From NCBI GenBank assembly GCA_024704765.1, contig JAKMXF010000022.1, positions 186,001-250,000 of the forward strand: a DNA stretch of 64,000 nt, in the 5' to 3' direction. Shown here in pieces: positions 1 through 19,086 of this stretch (positions within the stretch are counted from its first letter, which is position 1; each line of letters begins with the position of its first letter). The translations under genes and the position numbers were made by a program. The notes below the pieces were generated by a model. That model was not told the DNA's origin. It did not search any database and saw only the letters and a program-made list of their open reading frames with translations. This DNA comes from Oopsacas minuta (taxonomy: Eukaryota; Animalia; Porifera).

Positions 1-258
1 AAAGTTCTTGTTACTATTGGTTGTCAATAAATCGTTTCCAAACCTTTGTAGAAAATTAGAAAGTTTCTTTCCAGAGACAATTTTATCTTTTGTCCTTTCT
101 ATATCGACTCTTTTACCCAGAGGTAATTGTTCAGTTGCTCTAGTCCTTTTATGAGAAGAGATTTCTGTACCTTTTTTTGGTGTTGTTGTTACTTGCGCCA
201 GAAAATCTGACAAATTTCTTGTATTAGAAATCGGATTATGAACACTATTCTTCTTCAT
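1..258 (-). CDS. Partial ORF running off the window start; unknown product
   Basis: ATG at 258 opens 86 stop-free codons to base 1 (MKKNSVHNPISNTRNLSDFLAQVTTTPKKG...). No family recognised. Confidence 0.4.
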   Translation of the reverse strand, partial: MKKNSVHNPISNTRNLSDFLAQVTTTPKKGTEISSHKRTRATEQLPLGKRVDIERTKDKIVSGKKLSNFLQRFGNDLLTTNSNKNF

Positions 259-334
259 CACCAATCTTCCATTATTTGTTCGAATTACCCACAACTATGC
301 ATTTAAATGTTTACATCATTAAATAATTAATAAC

Positions 335-363
335 TACAGTCAAACTTGTCTATAACGGCCACT
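335..363. mobile_element. Possible solo end of a pogo/Tigger-like MITE
   Basis: TA-CAGTCAAACTTGTCTATAACGGCCACT resembles TA-flanked CAGT termini; only a weak partner repeat near 483-503. Confidence 0.25.
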
Positions 364-533
364 CATGTGCCGTGCAAAACGAGCGATTTTAAGTTAACAC
401 AATAAGTATTAAAATATTAATCCAGCGATAACCAATTTACAATACAAATACATACATGCTAGTATACATGTAGTAATACTCTACCAATTATACAGTTTTG
501 ATTCAAATTAAAATAACATTATACTGCTCGCAA

Positions 534-2045
534 TTAATTGAGCAAGTCGTCATCAGATTCAGTGGGTCCCTCGCTATCACTACTGGAAGTCCTAAGCAGC
601 ATGCTCTCTAGATCACGTGCATTAGTAGAAGATACTATTGAAGGAGTAAAGAAATATTTTTTGATAAGACATCCACTACCAATAGTAATCAATACTAGCA
701 TGGCTATAAGCACAATAACAACCATTATACATATCAGTATTTGAAAGAAACCGAAGCTATCCGTGGTGTACTGGCAGTTATCTGTTTGAGTGCGAGGAAT
801 TATCGCGATTTTTAACACTTCGCTTGGGTTTTCTAATCCATTTATATCACATGCTGAGGGTGCGAATCCTACCCTACCCCTTCCCCTGTCAAACTCTACG
901 GTGTAACCTTTGAACAGCATCATCCCTAGTACAGCACCGCTAACACTCTCTATTGGGTTCTGTTTTATGCCTAATTTGTACCAGGAGCAGTTGGTAGTTG
1001 CACAATAGTCTCCTTTCTCGATGTTGATACTTTTACTGCTTACTTTCTTCAAATATAATTGAGGAGGAATTACAATACTCAGTTCTACTTCTTGGCTGTC
1101 TGGTACCTGCAGAGCAATTTCTAAATTATTGAATGACGTAAACTCTTCAACTGATCCTCTCTTCCAACCCAGGGCTGACTCACCACTCCAAAAGCTATCA
1201 GGAATATCCAGCTTACTGCTTCTGTTAGATTTCTTCAGTTTAGCTATTATAGCAGAGAAAGTACCTTTATTGAATGACAGCTCTGTAGTTCCACTGTCTA
1301 TAATGCTAAATTTATCGTTGAAAACTGAACAGGGAAGATCGAGAGCTTCTGAGCCAACTTTAATGTTTGTTAGAATTATTTTGTAGAAAGATTTCTCTGT
1401 TATAGCTGCATAAATGAACGTGTCACTGTTGCTAGGTAAAAGTGGTGTGCCTGACCCTAGAGACATTCTCCCACCCTTGTCCAACAGGGTTCCATCTGGC
1501 CTTGTCTCAGGTCCACAAAGCTGTAGACCGAACTTATCATCTGTCACTCCATTCGCAACCAGGCTGTCCATGACAGGAAGTACACTAGAATCTGGCTTTG
1601 CTAGCTTAGCATATCCCATTCCTAATATCCCTACCCACCCATTACTTGTCTTAAAAAATCCATCAGAAATAACTTCCATTAAGGATATGTATACAGTAGT
1701 GCTATGTGTGTCTCCAATGGAAAAGGAAAAGTTGTCTTTCCCTACTCTACCTGACCACTCCCCCTCTACATATCTCACACCTACATCAATGTCGATATCT
1801 CTAAATGATTCAGAGAGATCTGAGTTAAAATAAGGGTAGTTGTTAATTGAAGAAAAGTTCACAGCTGCCACAGCAAAGTTGCTAGATCCAGAATCTAGTA
1901 GTACTCTGAACTCCTGAGGGGGCGTACCCAAACTAACAGATAGTGAATAGCCTGTTTCTGGTTCTCCTTCAAGTGGGTACACCTGACAGCAAGCTACGGG
2001 AAGTGTTGTCATACATAATAAAATAGTTACACTAGCTACAAGCAT
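534..2045 (-). CDS. BACE1: Beta-secretase (BACE1/2-like) A1 aspartic protease, type I membrane, single exon, 503 aa
   Basis: Signal peptide; GTPPQ; catalytic LLDSGSSNFAV and IIDSGTT; WVGILGMGY; FDRGRGRVGFA; TM helix; C-terminal DDDLLN (DxxLL). Confidence 0.88.
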   Translation of the reverse strand: MLVASVTILLCMTTLPVACCQVYPLEGEPETGYSLSVSLGTPPQEFRVLLDSGSSNFAVAAVNFSSINNYPYFNSDLSESFRDIDIDVGVRYVEGEWSGRVGKDNFSFSIGDTHSTTVYISLMEVISDGFFKTSNGWVGILGMGYAKLAKPDSSVLPVMDSLVANGVTDDKFGLQLCGPETRPDGTLLDKGGRMSLGSGTPLLPSNSDTFIYAAITEKSFYKIILTNIKVGSEALDLPCSVFNDKFSIIDSGTTELSFNKGTFSAIIAKLKKSNRSSKLDIPDSFWSGESALGWKRGSVEEFTSFNNLEIALQVPDSQEVELSIVIPPQLYLKKVSSKSINIEKGDYCATTNCSWYKLGIKQNPIESVSGAVLGMMLFKGYTVEFDRGRGRVGFAPSACDINGLENPSEVLKIAIIPRTQTDNCQYTTDSFGFFQILICIMVVIVLIAMLVLITIGSGCLIKKYFFTPSIVSSTNARDLESMLLRTSSSDSEGPTESDDDLLN

Positions 2046-2213
2046 AATTAACTCAAAAAGACAATATTAATTAATTAATTAATAAGTTAGTATTACCAAT
2101 GTCTACTTCATTGTGAGATATTAACAATTAAATTGATTTAATATTTTGACTAATTGCAAAAATAATTAGAAGAAAATTATATTAATAATTATTTATAATT
2201 AATTATCTTTCTT

Positions 2214-3128
2214 CTATTTATTTGAACTCTTTATCCAGCTGTCCATGAGAATTCCTGTGAATACAACTCCAACTGATATCTTTTGATAAATTGTAAACAT
2301 ATGTCCAAACACTATAATAGATCCTAGAACAGTAAAGAATTTCCGTAGAGTAGTGATAAGAGATAGAGTTAAGGGACCAAAGTTTGAAATTGTTACGAAA
2401 ATGAAATTCTGTCCAATCGCACTGGTAAAACAGAACGCCAATACCATAGGAATAACCTCTGGGTTTTTAAATGTAAATTGAACAACTGCAAAACCTTCTC
2501 CAAACAGAATAAATGGAAATAGAATAATGACAGCCCATTTGTTCAGCTCATACATCAGCAAGTATGGGTTTGTTTTGTATTTGGCTCGTATAACTTCTTG
2601 AAAAGATGCAGTCAATCCATCAAACAGAAGAGAAATTAATATAAACACATCTCCAATTGACATACTATAGTTTATGGATTTTCCGGGTTTAAAAAGATTG
2701 AACATTATAACTCCCAATACAATACAACCGACGGCTAACCAACGTTTGAGAGGTTGACTCCGCTTGGCTAAGATAGTAGTGAGAATTAGAATAGGAATAG
2801 GTTTGCATGATTTTCCTATTACCTGTGTTGGATAGCTCACCCATTTTAGTGCGTAATTGCTAGCAACCATAGCTGAGAAGTAACAACATGAACAACCTAC
2901 ATAGTAAGATAGCGGAGATGGGTTATTCCATAGTTTGTAGTATTGACAGATCAAATACCCACAAATACAACTTGTCAGAGATTGAAAAAGTACGAGAGTT
3001 AAGATGTAAGCGTATTTCTCATTATCCCTATAATCTCGTGTCTGTATCGACTCTTGAATCAATCCGAAGGTTAGATAGGAGAAGAAAATACCGAAAAAGC
3101 AAATTGAAAATAGCAATAATCGATTCAT
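2214..3128 (-). CDS. SLC35B1: SLC35B1-like nucleotide-sugar/ATP-ADP transporter family member, single exon, 304 aa
   Basis: Multi-TM protein with UAA-family motifs SNYALKWVSYPTQVIGKSCKPIP and GPLTLSLITTLRKFFTV. Confidence 0.85.
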   Translation of the reverse strand: MNRLLLFSICFFGIFFSYLTFGLIQESIQTRDYRDNEKYAYILTLVLFQSLTSCICGYLICQYYKLWNNPSPLSYYVGCSCCYFSAMVASNYALKWVSYPTQVIGKSCKPIPILILTTILAKRSQPLKRWLAVGCIVLGVIMFNLFKPGKSINYSMSIGDVFILISLLFDGLTASFQEVIRAKYKTNPYLLMYELNKWAVIILFPFILFGEGFAVVQFTFKNPEVIPMVLAFCFTSAIGQNFIFVTISNFGPLTLSLITTLRKFFTVLGSIIVFGHMFTIYQKISVGVVFTGILMDSWIKSSNK

Positions 3129-3597
3129 CCCACAATAACGCTAGTATAAAGTCCACTTGTTAAAAAGGTATAATGTTTCATCTTTGATTTGCTAAATACA
3201 TTCAAGCATAGCTTTACTTATAGAATATGTAAGTTTTTGATTGGTGGATAAGGAATTCTTACATCTATGATATATTCTAAACCTGTAAACAATTGAACCA
3301 TTTTGAACACATGGCACTCTCTAGTGTAACTAAATTTGCATGTGTACTTATGAACTATGATTCTATGAACAAATTACAAATTATAGATGCAAAAACTCAT
3401 CACAAATTAAATGAGCTTCACAATTGATGCAATCTCTAAATATAAATTGGATTAATTGATGCTAACTAATCAAATGTAAACTCAGTTCAATTGGGAAACG
3501 GAATGGACTGTTTCTCTCTGAGTATTCTGGAGTATATAATTAAAATTAAATCGATAGCCTCAAACAGACAAAACTAAATAAGATAAGTGATGAAAAA

Positions 3598-4512
3598 CTA
3601 TATTTTAGTATCGAGATTATAAGTTGTTCCGTATAGATCTGATGGTAGTTTAAACTTTCTCAGTTCTTTATAAAATAACTGAAGTACAGCAGTTTGGTAT
3701 GCGTCATGTCTCGCACGCTGTATGCTCTGACCTACACCCTCAGCTAGCTTCTCTTCTCCAGAGTGTACTGAGACACAAAATGTTGATCTTTCAGTGTCTC
3801 TTCCTGTCTCCCAAAGTAGCTCATGACTCGGCTTCTCACGCCCCTTAATCGCAAGGATTCCTTCTAGTACTTGGATTGGATGCTCTAGTTTAATGACATT
3901 ATATATATCACTTCCTTGTAGACTGTATAGAACGAATTCTTGTACGAGTTGCCTTGCATATAATGGACCTTGATCCACATATATTGACCCAATGATGGCT
4001 AGCAGAGCTTCAGCTAATCCTACATCTAATTCTTTATCTTCTACCTTCTCTTTGGTCAGGTAGAGTTCGTGCGTACCTAAGTGCTTAGCAGTTTTCACGA
4101 GCTGAGGAATATCAACAATAAAGTTGTGGCAATCTCTCAAAGCAGAACTCGATAAGTTAGGATATTTTAAGAAGAAATGCTCCATCACAAAATGTGTCAT
4201 TACTGTCTGTCCTATAATAGCGTATCTGTCATTATGCTCTCTATTCTGTAGTTTAGCATCAGCCTGTACGTACGATTTATGTGTTAGAGCTCTTTGTATA
4301 ACGCTAACATCAGATATTGGTACTGCAAAACGGTTTCTGAATGCATTCAGCTCTACAGAATAGTCCCAATTAGTCATTGGTTTCTTAGTCTCAGGGTCTA
4401 TAGGAGGGGTATGGCTTTCGGTTAGAGACTGTTGAGAGAAGAAACGAGGGTATGTGAGGACATGAGTGGATGAGGATAACGTCCGTAGATGCGTACGTAA
4501 CATTGTAAACAT
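3598..4512 (-). CDS. MRPL44: Mitochondrial ribosomal protein L44 (RNase III-like fold), single exon
   Basis: NWDYSVELNAFRNRF, RALTHKSY, degenerate RNase III region and C-terminal dsRBD. Likely start ATG at 4512 or 4503, followed by a presequence-like MLRTHLRTLSS. Confidence 0.85.
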   Translation of the reverse strand: MFTMLRTHLRTLSSSTHVLTYPRFFSQQSLTESHTPPIDPETKKPMTNWDYSVELNAFRNRFAVPISDVSVIQRALTHKSYVQADAKLQNREHNDRYAIIGQTVMTHFVMEHFFLKYPNLSSSALRDCHNFIVDIPQLVKTAKHLGTHELYLTKEKVEDKELDVGLAEALLAIIGSIYVDQGPLYARQLVQEFVLYSLQGSDIYNVIKLEHPIQVLEGILAIKGREKPSHELLWETGRDTERSTFCVSVHSGEEKLAEGVGQSIQRARHDAYQTAVLQLFYKELRKFKLPSDLYGTTYNLDTKI

Positions 4513-4720
4513 CTCTTGAATAAATGTACACGCGTAGATGTTTTGTAAATACACAGAGGAAATATATATAAACTACAATTTTCTGATACGGAAATGTATC
4601 AAAAAAATCACGATAATAATATTTGGAAATTATAACAATTAAAACTAAACGAAAAACGTAAAACAAATCAAAAATATTTGTAAGTGATAATTACCCATTA
4701 CATCATATAATAGACAATAA

Positions 4721-6094
4721 TTAACGTTTCTTGCCTCTTCCTCTCCCACTAGCACTAGCAATCTTTGATTTCTTAGAACTCCCCATAACACCACTGGGAT
4801 CTACCTTACGTTTGCTGCTTTCCGGTGTAGCTATAGTTTTGAAGAAAGAATCCATTCTAGCCTGACTACCTTGTCCTAATTGAAATATATCTAAAACTAA
4901 TTAGCCAACAATTTTGTACGGTTAATACCTTTGCTTTTTTCAATACGCTTGTATACATTTCTAACTCGATCTTCGTTGAAACTTTTCTCACCTACGAGGA
5001 AGCTCACCATTCCCTCTTCATCAGCATCTCCCCATTTAAAATCCACATCTATGCCTGGGGTAACTTCAGGACTTAAGAACAGCTCTCTGGCCTCTGGATA
5101 GCTCCAGTCCTCTGGAGGTGTGTACTTCTTAGGATCCAGACTCCGGACTATATCTTCTATCTTTTTGTGTTCTTGTATATAATTCAATGCTTTCTTATAA
5201 CCAATACCTAAATTAATTATTGAAAAGTTAAATAGCAAATAATACATTTATCACCTTTGATAGTATCTGTGTAATCACAACCCATAAGGATACAGAGATC
5301 CACGAACTCGTTATGAGAGAGGTTAAGTGTCTCCAGTACTGTATTTAAGTGGATCTCACGAATTGGCATCTTCTTTGCTTCACTCATCATCATGTTGCGT
5401 AGTAATATAGAAGATCCGAAAGTTAGCGAATCCATATCCTCACTGGCTACAGCAAATACCTTCCCTATAACTCAGTATAACTATACATGTATTATATACA
5501 TTTTCATTCTACAATATAGTATGCTTCACCTGATTTAGCTAGCTCAGCACATTGAGCCTCTGCTTCACAGGGAGCAACTATGTGAGGAACTCCCATTAGA
5601 GTTAACAAACGCTTGCATTCATCACTATGTTGTGACGTCACCTTTACTGTCCTCTTAGCCATTCTCTCAGCAAGTTCTTTATCTCCAACCTCAGATGCTT
5701 CGGTCAGTTCAGCTTCTGCCTTCTGTCTCCTCTCCTTGCGTTTAGCTAGCTCACCAGATTTCATTAATGGAGGCTTACCATCAAACACGTATAGTGGTTT
5801 CAAGCCATTCTCCAACATGCGAGCTGTTCTGTATAGCAATCCCTATAGATTATTGTTAGAGATTTACATTAAAATATTTGTGTGTAATAGACTTGTAACC
5901 TGTAGATGACTGGTTACTTCTCCATGCTCGTTCATAAGCACATCACCATCTGTCCTTATTGCAATTATAAACTGGTATATGCTCATAGACGCATCTATAG
6001 CTATCTTCCTCCCGAAATAGTTCTTGATTTCATTTTCCTTGATGGCGGATGGAGCATAATCTGCTATCAATGTCATAAGTTTATGAATTCCCAT
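4721..6094 (-). CDS. FEN1: Flap endonuclease 1; exons 5900-6094, 5530-5842, 5255-5464, 4929-5207, 4721-4875
   Basis: [52 protein letters not shown] box QARMDSFF. Four GT-AG introns of 47-65 nt all phase-compatible. Confidence 0.97.
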
Positions 6095-6221
6095 AACTAA
6101 TTATTTATTAATTAAGTAATAAATATTCCAATGTATTAATTAATGATATTTCAAATATTCTACTGTATGTGGCAAGCAGAGGAACAAATTTACATTGAGG
6201 TCGAGTTCAACTACAAATAAC

Positions 6222-6234
6222 AAGATGGCGGAAA
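6222..6234. promoter_or_regulatory. Overlapping YY1-like (AAGATGGCG) and E2F-like (GGCGGAAA) motif upstream of FEN1
   Basis: AAGATGGCGGAAA lies ~130 nt upstream of the FEN1 ATG; a second AAGATGGC is at 6486. Motif match only. Confidence 0.25.
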
Positions 6235-6350
6235 TTCCAACTCAGTAATTTGCCAAATAATTGATTGTTCCTGGGTTTTAAATTTACGCATGTATATGTA
6301 CAAGTCTTTTTGCAAAATAATATTGTAAAGCGAGAATACTTTCTTAGAAA

Positions 6351-6373
6351 ATACACGTATACACGTATACACG
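6351..6373. repeat. Short tandem repeat (ATACACGT) x ~3
   Basis: ATACACGT ATACACGT ATACACG read directly. Confidence 0.7.
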
Positions 6374-6983
6374 AGTTAACAAATTATTCAACTCAACAGT
6401 TTACTGATAATGTTGTTGCAACACTATTGGAACATGATTGACGTAAAATAATTAAATAGTAAAACAATTATTCTAATTCTTGTTAAAGATGGCACCAAAA
6501 TTTTGATAAGCAAATTTCTGAGCAAACATTAGCTTGCACGAATTAAAGCGAGACAGACCTCAATAATTTAAGACAGTTAAAAACACAATACAGGACTTAA
6601 TTATTACGTACATCAACAACATTTGTTACAGTTAATCAATAAATAATAACAGTTCTATGCACAAAAGTCTATACAATAGACCTCAGATATATATACTAAG
6701 TAGTGCAATGATTCTTTGAAATGGTGAGACACAATGCAATCCGGATGCAGTTAATATTATTATTATTAAAGAGTATTAAGCTAGGGAAATGCGTATGGAA
6801 ACAGCAAGAGATGCAGACTTAAGTAGCTGGTAAGGTTTCTGGTTGAAAACAGAAGTGTAGACTTCTTCCGTTGACTTGAGTGCATGCTATTAAAGTTTGA
6901 AAAAGAGGAACTATGAGAAACATCAAGTTGAAAGGCATTTAATGCCAGAAATAAGCGCAATTCACAGTTGATCAGTTGATGCG

Positions 6984-14590
<7,607 letters not shown>

Positions 14591-15318
14591 TTCGTATCGA
14601 ATATAAATTATTAGTAAAATCAACTAAAATTGCTGTAACAGAGCTAGCTGTAATAAGTTGCTGAGATAAATAGAATTGAGTGGCAGTAGTAATGAGCAGT
14701 TCAAATGTATGTATATCAAGCTACTGTGTATTTATACTAAATTGATACATTGAAGATTAGGTTGTCATTATATTACCACAAGTGTGACCAATATAAGTAT
14801 CCTGAATTAGTAATAAGGAGGGATAATACATACATCTAAACACGATAATGTAAGGAATATAATCTCGTGGTGTATTACCTTTAGAGAAAAGTTAAGTTGA
14901 ATTTTAACTAGGAAATCTTCTATGTAGTTCACGCTACGGACGGAGCTCGGATCTTTAGCCCACGCTTGATTCCCCCCACAAATCAACGAGAGTATTACCT
15001 ATCTGGCGAGTAAATTGTATATTTTTCATTAAAAATATGCCTAAATAAATGCATGTTCATCGTAATTAATGAGTAAAGCTTGAACTCGTTTCAATGATTT
15101 CTGACATAGTAAAGAGAAGTATAAAAAAATTTGAAGAGCTATAATTAGAGAATTCTACATCTTTTGGAAAATAGCAGGGAGTACAGTAAATATTAGTTTA
15201 AATATTTACGAAATACATACATCATTTCCATTATCAAATATTTTTGAAGATAAAATCAAAATTGATAAAAATAATTAAACCAGCTGAAATATTCATCTAT
15301 ATACAACAGTTAAAAGCT

Positions 15319-17570
15319 TTAAGTGCAGTACCATTTTTCTATTTCCTGTCTGTCTCTCCTCTTGTATTTAATAACAACAACAAAGAAGTAGATCAAATAG
15401 ATTAGAGATAGAATTGAAAATATCACAAAGAAAAATATCCCCAAATTATCGTACTTTATACATTGAGCGTAAGGAAGAGCACAATTAGAGCATTTATCTA
15501 TCAATAAACTAGAATTATTAAGAGAAGGACCCGGGCAGTCACTAGCTGCTTCTATTATGGCAGCTACCACTGTAGAGAAATAAGAACCAAGGCCATATAC
15601 TGTGTTCAAAATCCCAAAAGTAAACCCTTTCATATCTCCAGGAGACTGCGCGTATACGAACTCGTAAGTTGCAACAATCGCGAATATTTCTGAAATCCCC
15701 ATAACCACTGTCTGAGGGAGTACTAGAAGAAACAAATACAACTGACCAGATGACTGTATATTAGGGTTATCGTCTCCACAGTTGGGTTCTATTGTAGAAA
15801 TATTAGTTCCAACGTCACCTCGTATAGTTGTGAATACACTTACCAGACTAGCACACACAACACTAAGAAATGCCAGACAGATGCCTACCTCTACTCTGTA
15901 TAAAATCTTAGCTGTATAGGGCTTAGGTATACGGTTAGCTAATCTCATTATAGGAATAGTAATTGTAATAACAAAACCTTCAATTAAACCGACTACAAGA
16001 CTACTGAGATAAGGAGATTCTTCACGAACTACTTCTTGAGCTTGTAACGTGTAGAATCCACTGACTAGATGATAAATTGAAAAATAACCGAATAAACTAA
16101 GAAGCACAAATACAATCCTATAAAATGCTTTTACATCTTCTACCATCTCAAATCTAGCTCCACCGTAATGCTGAGTCTTACTATAATCTAGAATAGGAAG
16201 ATTTTCATGGTAATTCTGTTCACTTCTGCGCTGATACCAAATGACCAGAGATGTTCTTGTCACATAGAAAATCTTCTTGAGAGGTGTACCAATGTTAGGA
16301 CCTCGATGTAATAGATGAAAAGACTGGGACAATCTGAATATAATAGCAGCCAGGAAAGAAGATATAGTAGCTAGATAGCTTGAACTGAGTAGCGAAAACC
16401 TACTGTTTTTAGGTGAGTATACGAAATAGCGTCCAAATGACATGAGGCCACCCATATTTATGGACCAGAAAAGCCAATAAAAATACGAACTCATTCGGGT
16501 CTCTCCAGCATCTTCCATCTGGTCAACACCATATGGTAACATCAGGGCTGTTATGCCAGAAGAACCAAGGATGAGAACTATTACTACTGTAATGTGGACG
16601 CTATAGTACAATTCTTTAGTTATTATCAGACCAGGGATGTTCTTCTGGAACTCAAAAAGTGAGTGGAAAATACTCTGAGCACAAGAACCTAAGAAGCATA
16701 GTAGCAAACAGAAAGAGAGCATTTTGGGACGTCCGAAGTATTTGTCAGCCAATATCCCAGGCAGTGGCCCTAAAAATAGTATCAATAATAAAGTTATATA
16801 TAGTAACCTGATCATATAGACCGCATCAAGGAAATTGATTGATAAGAATCATCACAGCTATTATCACCTTTAATTCCTTTGTATAATAATAATATTAATC
16901 AAATCGGAGTGGCCTAAATAATAGCCAGTAACTACAGCACACCAAATGTCGATAATTCTACACAATTATCAAAACTTCATTAAATATTCTAATTATTTTA
17001 AAGAAATTCTAGTAAGATTGGAGTCTTGTGATTAATATATAATGTTATGAATCACTGATTGGATTCCCAAAACAATTTCATCAAAAAGTTAAGCATTAAG
17101 ACGTGATGGTATGAACTTGAACTTCCAAATATGCTGATTTAGGAGAAATTAAATCACAAGGGAGTAGCGTTACGTGCTCCCACGAACCTGTATAATACCC
17201 TTGTTATAAAACTTATATTAATGATAGCAATACCTAACATGAATGCAAAGGCGATAAAAGCGTGAGCACTCTGTGCGGAATTTTCATCAGCATCATCACT
17301 GTCATGATCTGATGATCTAATGGAGGACAAATTTGAAATGAATGCGAAGACTGAGTAGAAATGAATTCTGTGTAGAAATATAATAAAAAGAATAATTTTG
17401 ACTCCATTGAAACTCCCAAAGGAAGGAGGGAAAGGAATCTTGTTCAAAAAGGAATTGACTCTATCAGAGGCAGTGAGGATAGACTTCCTTCTAGCTCTTG
17501 AAGACGTCGTTGTGTTTAAATCAGCGTTTTGGTTTTTTGTGAAATACTGACAATTTGCTGAATACTGCAT
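15319..17570 (-). CDS. POT/PTR (SLC15A3/4-like) MFS transporter; exons 17234-17570 and 15319-16769, ~595 aa
   Basis: GILADKYFGR, PYGVDQM, FWSINMGG, PQTVVMGISEIFA...EFVYAQSPGDMKG. Phase-1 splice joins MLG to PLPGILAD. Confidence 0.85.
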
Positions 17571-19086
17571 GTATCACTTAGGCTATTATAAATAATAAAA
17601 TAGGATCAATGTTCTCGTCACTCCAGGACATATACTCGTGTCTCGGAAATTAGTCATATGTTCGGGCAAATTTGAAGCCAAAAAAGTCAGTTTAACTAAT
17701 AAAATCCCTGAACGCGCAGGTCTCATGGCTAGTTGATCTTATACACTAATAAAACTTTGGGGTAGAGGCACCCACACATACACTCAGAGACACATAAAAA
17801 TTATATAGCTGTGATTAGGGGCGCCGAACTCTCCAACTACTTCAACAACCCAGCTTATGCATTATTGAGGGGGGCTCAAGTCGCCTATGACTGTAACACA
17901 AGATTGTGCAATAATATTTTAAGCATCCACTCAATTTGTATTGAAGTACGTATAAATTGTATTTTGTCAAGCTAATGCACTTTCCGAATCTACAATCACA
18001 AAAATGTCTACAGCCCCTACGATCCTTCTGTCAGTCACTGTTTGTGAAGGCGAGCGTTAGTTTCAAATATAACAGAAATCAACGTCGTACGACTGCCACT
18101 GTCATCCGCAAACCAAAGATGTCCTACCCTTCTTACTTGTGCCCAAATGATAAATCCGAGGAATAGTATGAATCCTCAAGTTTTGAGCGATTTCAAAACA
18201 CACTACCATTATATAGAGGGAGAGGCGGAGAGGGCTTCCACTAATTTGAGAAAATCTGGATTGACATCAAATGGCGTTCATAAAATCAGTATTAACAATA
18301 TATGGTCAGATAGGTTTGCCATTATTAATTTATGTCATGGTCTTTGGTAGCCAGGAAATTATTAATTAATATAGCCACGGTCGTAACCCAACACCAAGTA
18401 CAAAAGATCAAAAGATGTCAAAACTTATTTCGATTGAGTGTGATGGAAGTTGAACCTCTGGCCCCCTCAAAATTTCACGCGATCCCGGGTGCATGGATAC
18501 GCAATGACAAATATGCTTTAGAAGCAGTTGGCAATATGGGTATATGGCATGATTCTGTTTGAGGATTACAAGTGTATACACTTTCACTTATCAGCCCCTT
18601 TCAATTATTTCTAAAAATGAATACGTAATACATAAACTCGTACTACGAAGTGCAAACTAGGAAATGGGACCTCGATTCCTCTAAGATCCCTTGGTGTGTT
18701 GTGTGAACTGGGACTACTAACTTTAATATTCCCAATCATAAAACGCAAACTTGTAATATTTGCGTTAAAACACTACATCATTGCAAAAGGAATAATCAAA
18801 GCAACACAAGTAATGCAGTAATATGCTGAGCATCATCATTGTTTTGAAGAAACCATGAGAAAACCACAACCCTCCTATATCAAGCTTGTTCTCATACTAG
18901 TGAATATCTCAACATATTTGTAAATAAACAAGATGCTTCTATAAATACCTCTACTTAGTAAAATAACTACCTTTTGCTTTCATAAATATATGTTCTAACT
19001 TTTCGTCTTCACACATTATTGATATTTGAACAATTAAGATGTTTGTATTTGGAGGAAGAAGCTCACACCTCCACATCAAACTCCTC

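Noticed and set aside
538-1833. Plus-strand ORFs overlapping BACE, and similar 60-170 aa antisense ORFs over other genes
   Set aside because: Antisense shadows of real coding sequence with no recognisable motifs.
17631-17750. Fragment resembling the interior of a Tc2-like MITE upstream of the POT gene
   Set aside because: No matching terminal inverted repeats or target-site duplication found.
18000-18420. Possible decayed non-LTR reverse transcriptase on the - strand (WFADD at 18101-18115, DFMNA at 18273-18287)
   Set aside because: Motifs lie in different frames with stops, their spacing (~57 aa) is shorter than expected and no QGDPL-type motif is present. A BLASTx would settle it.
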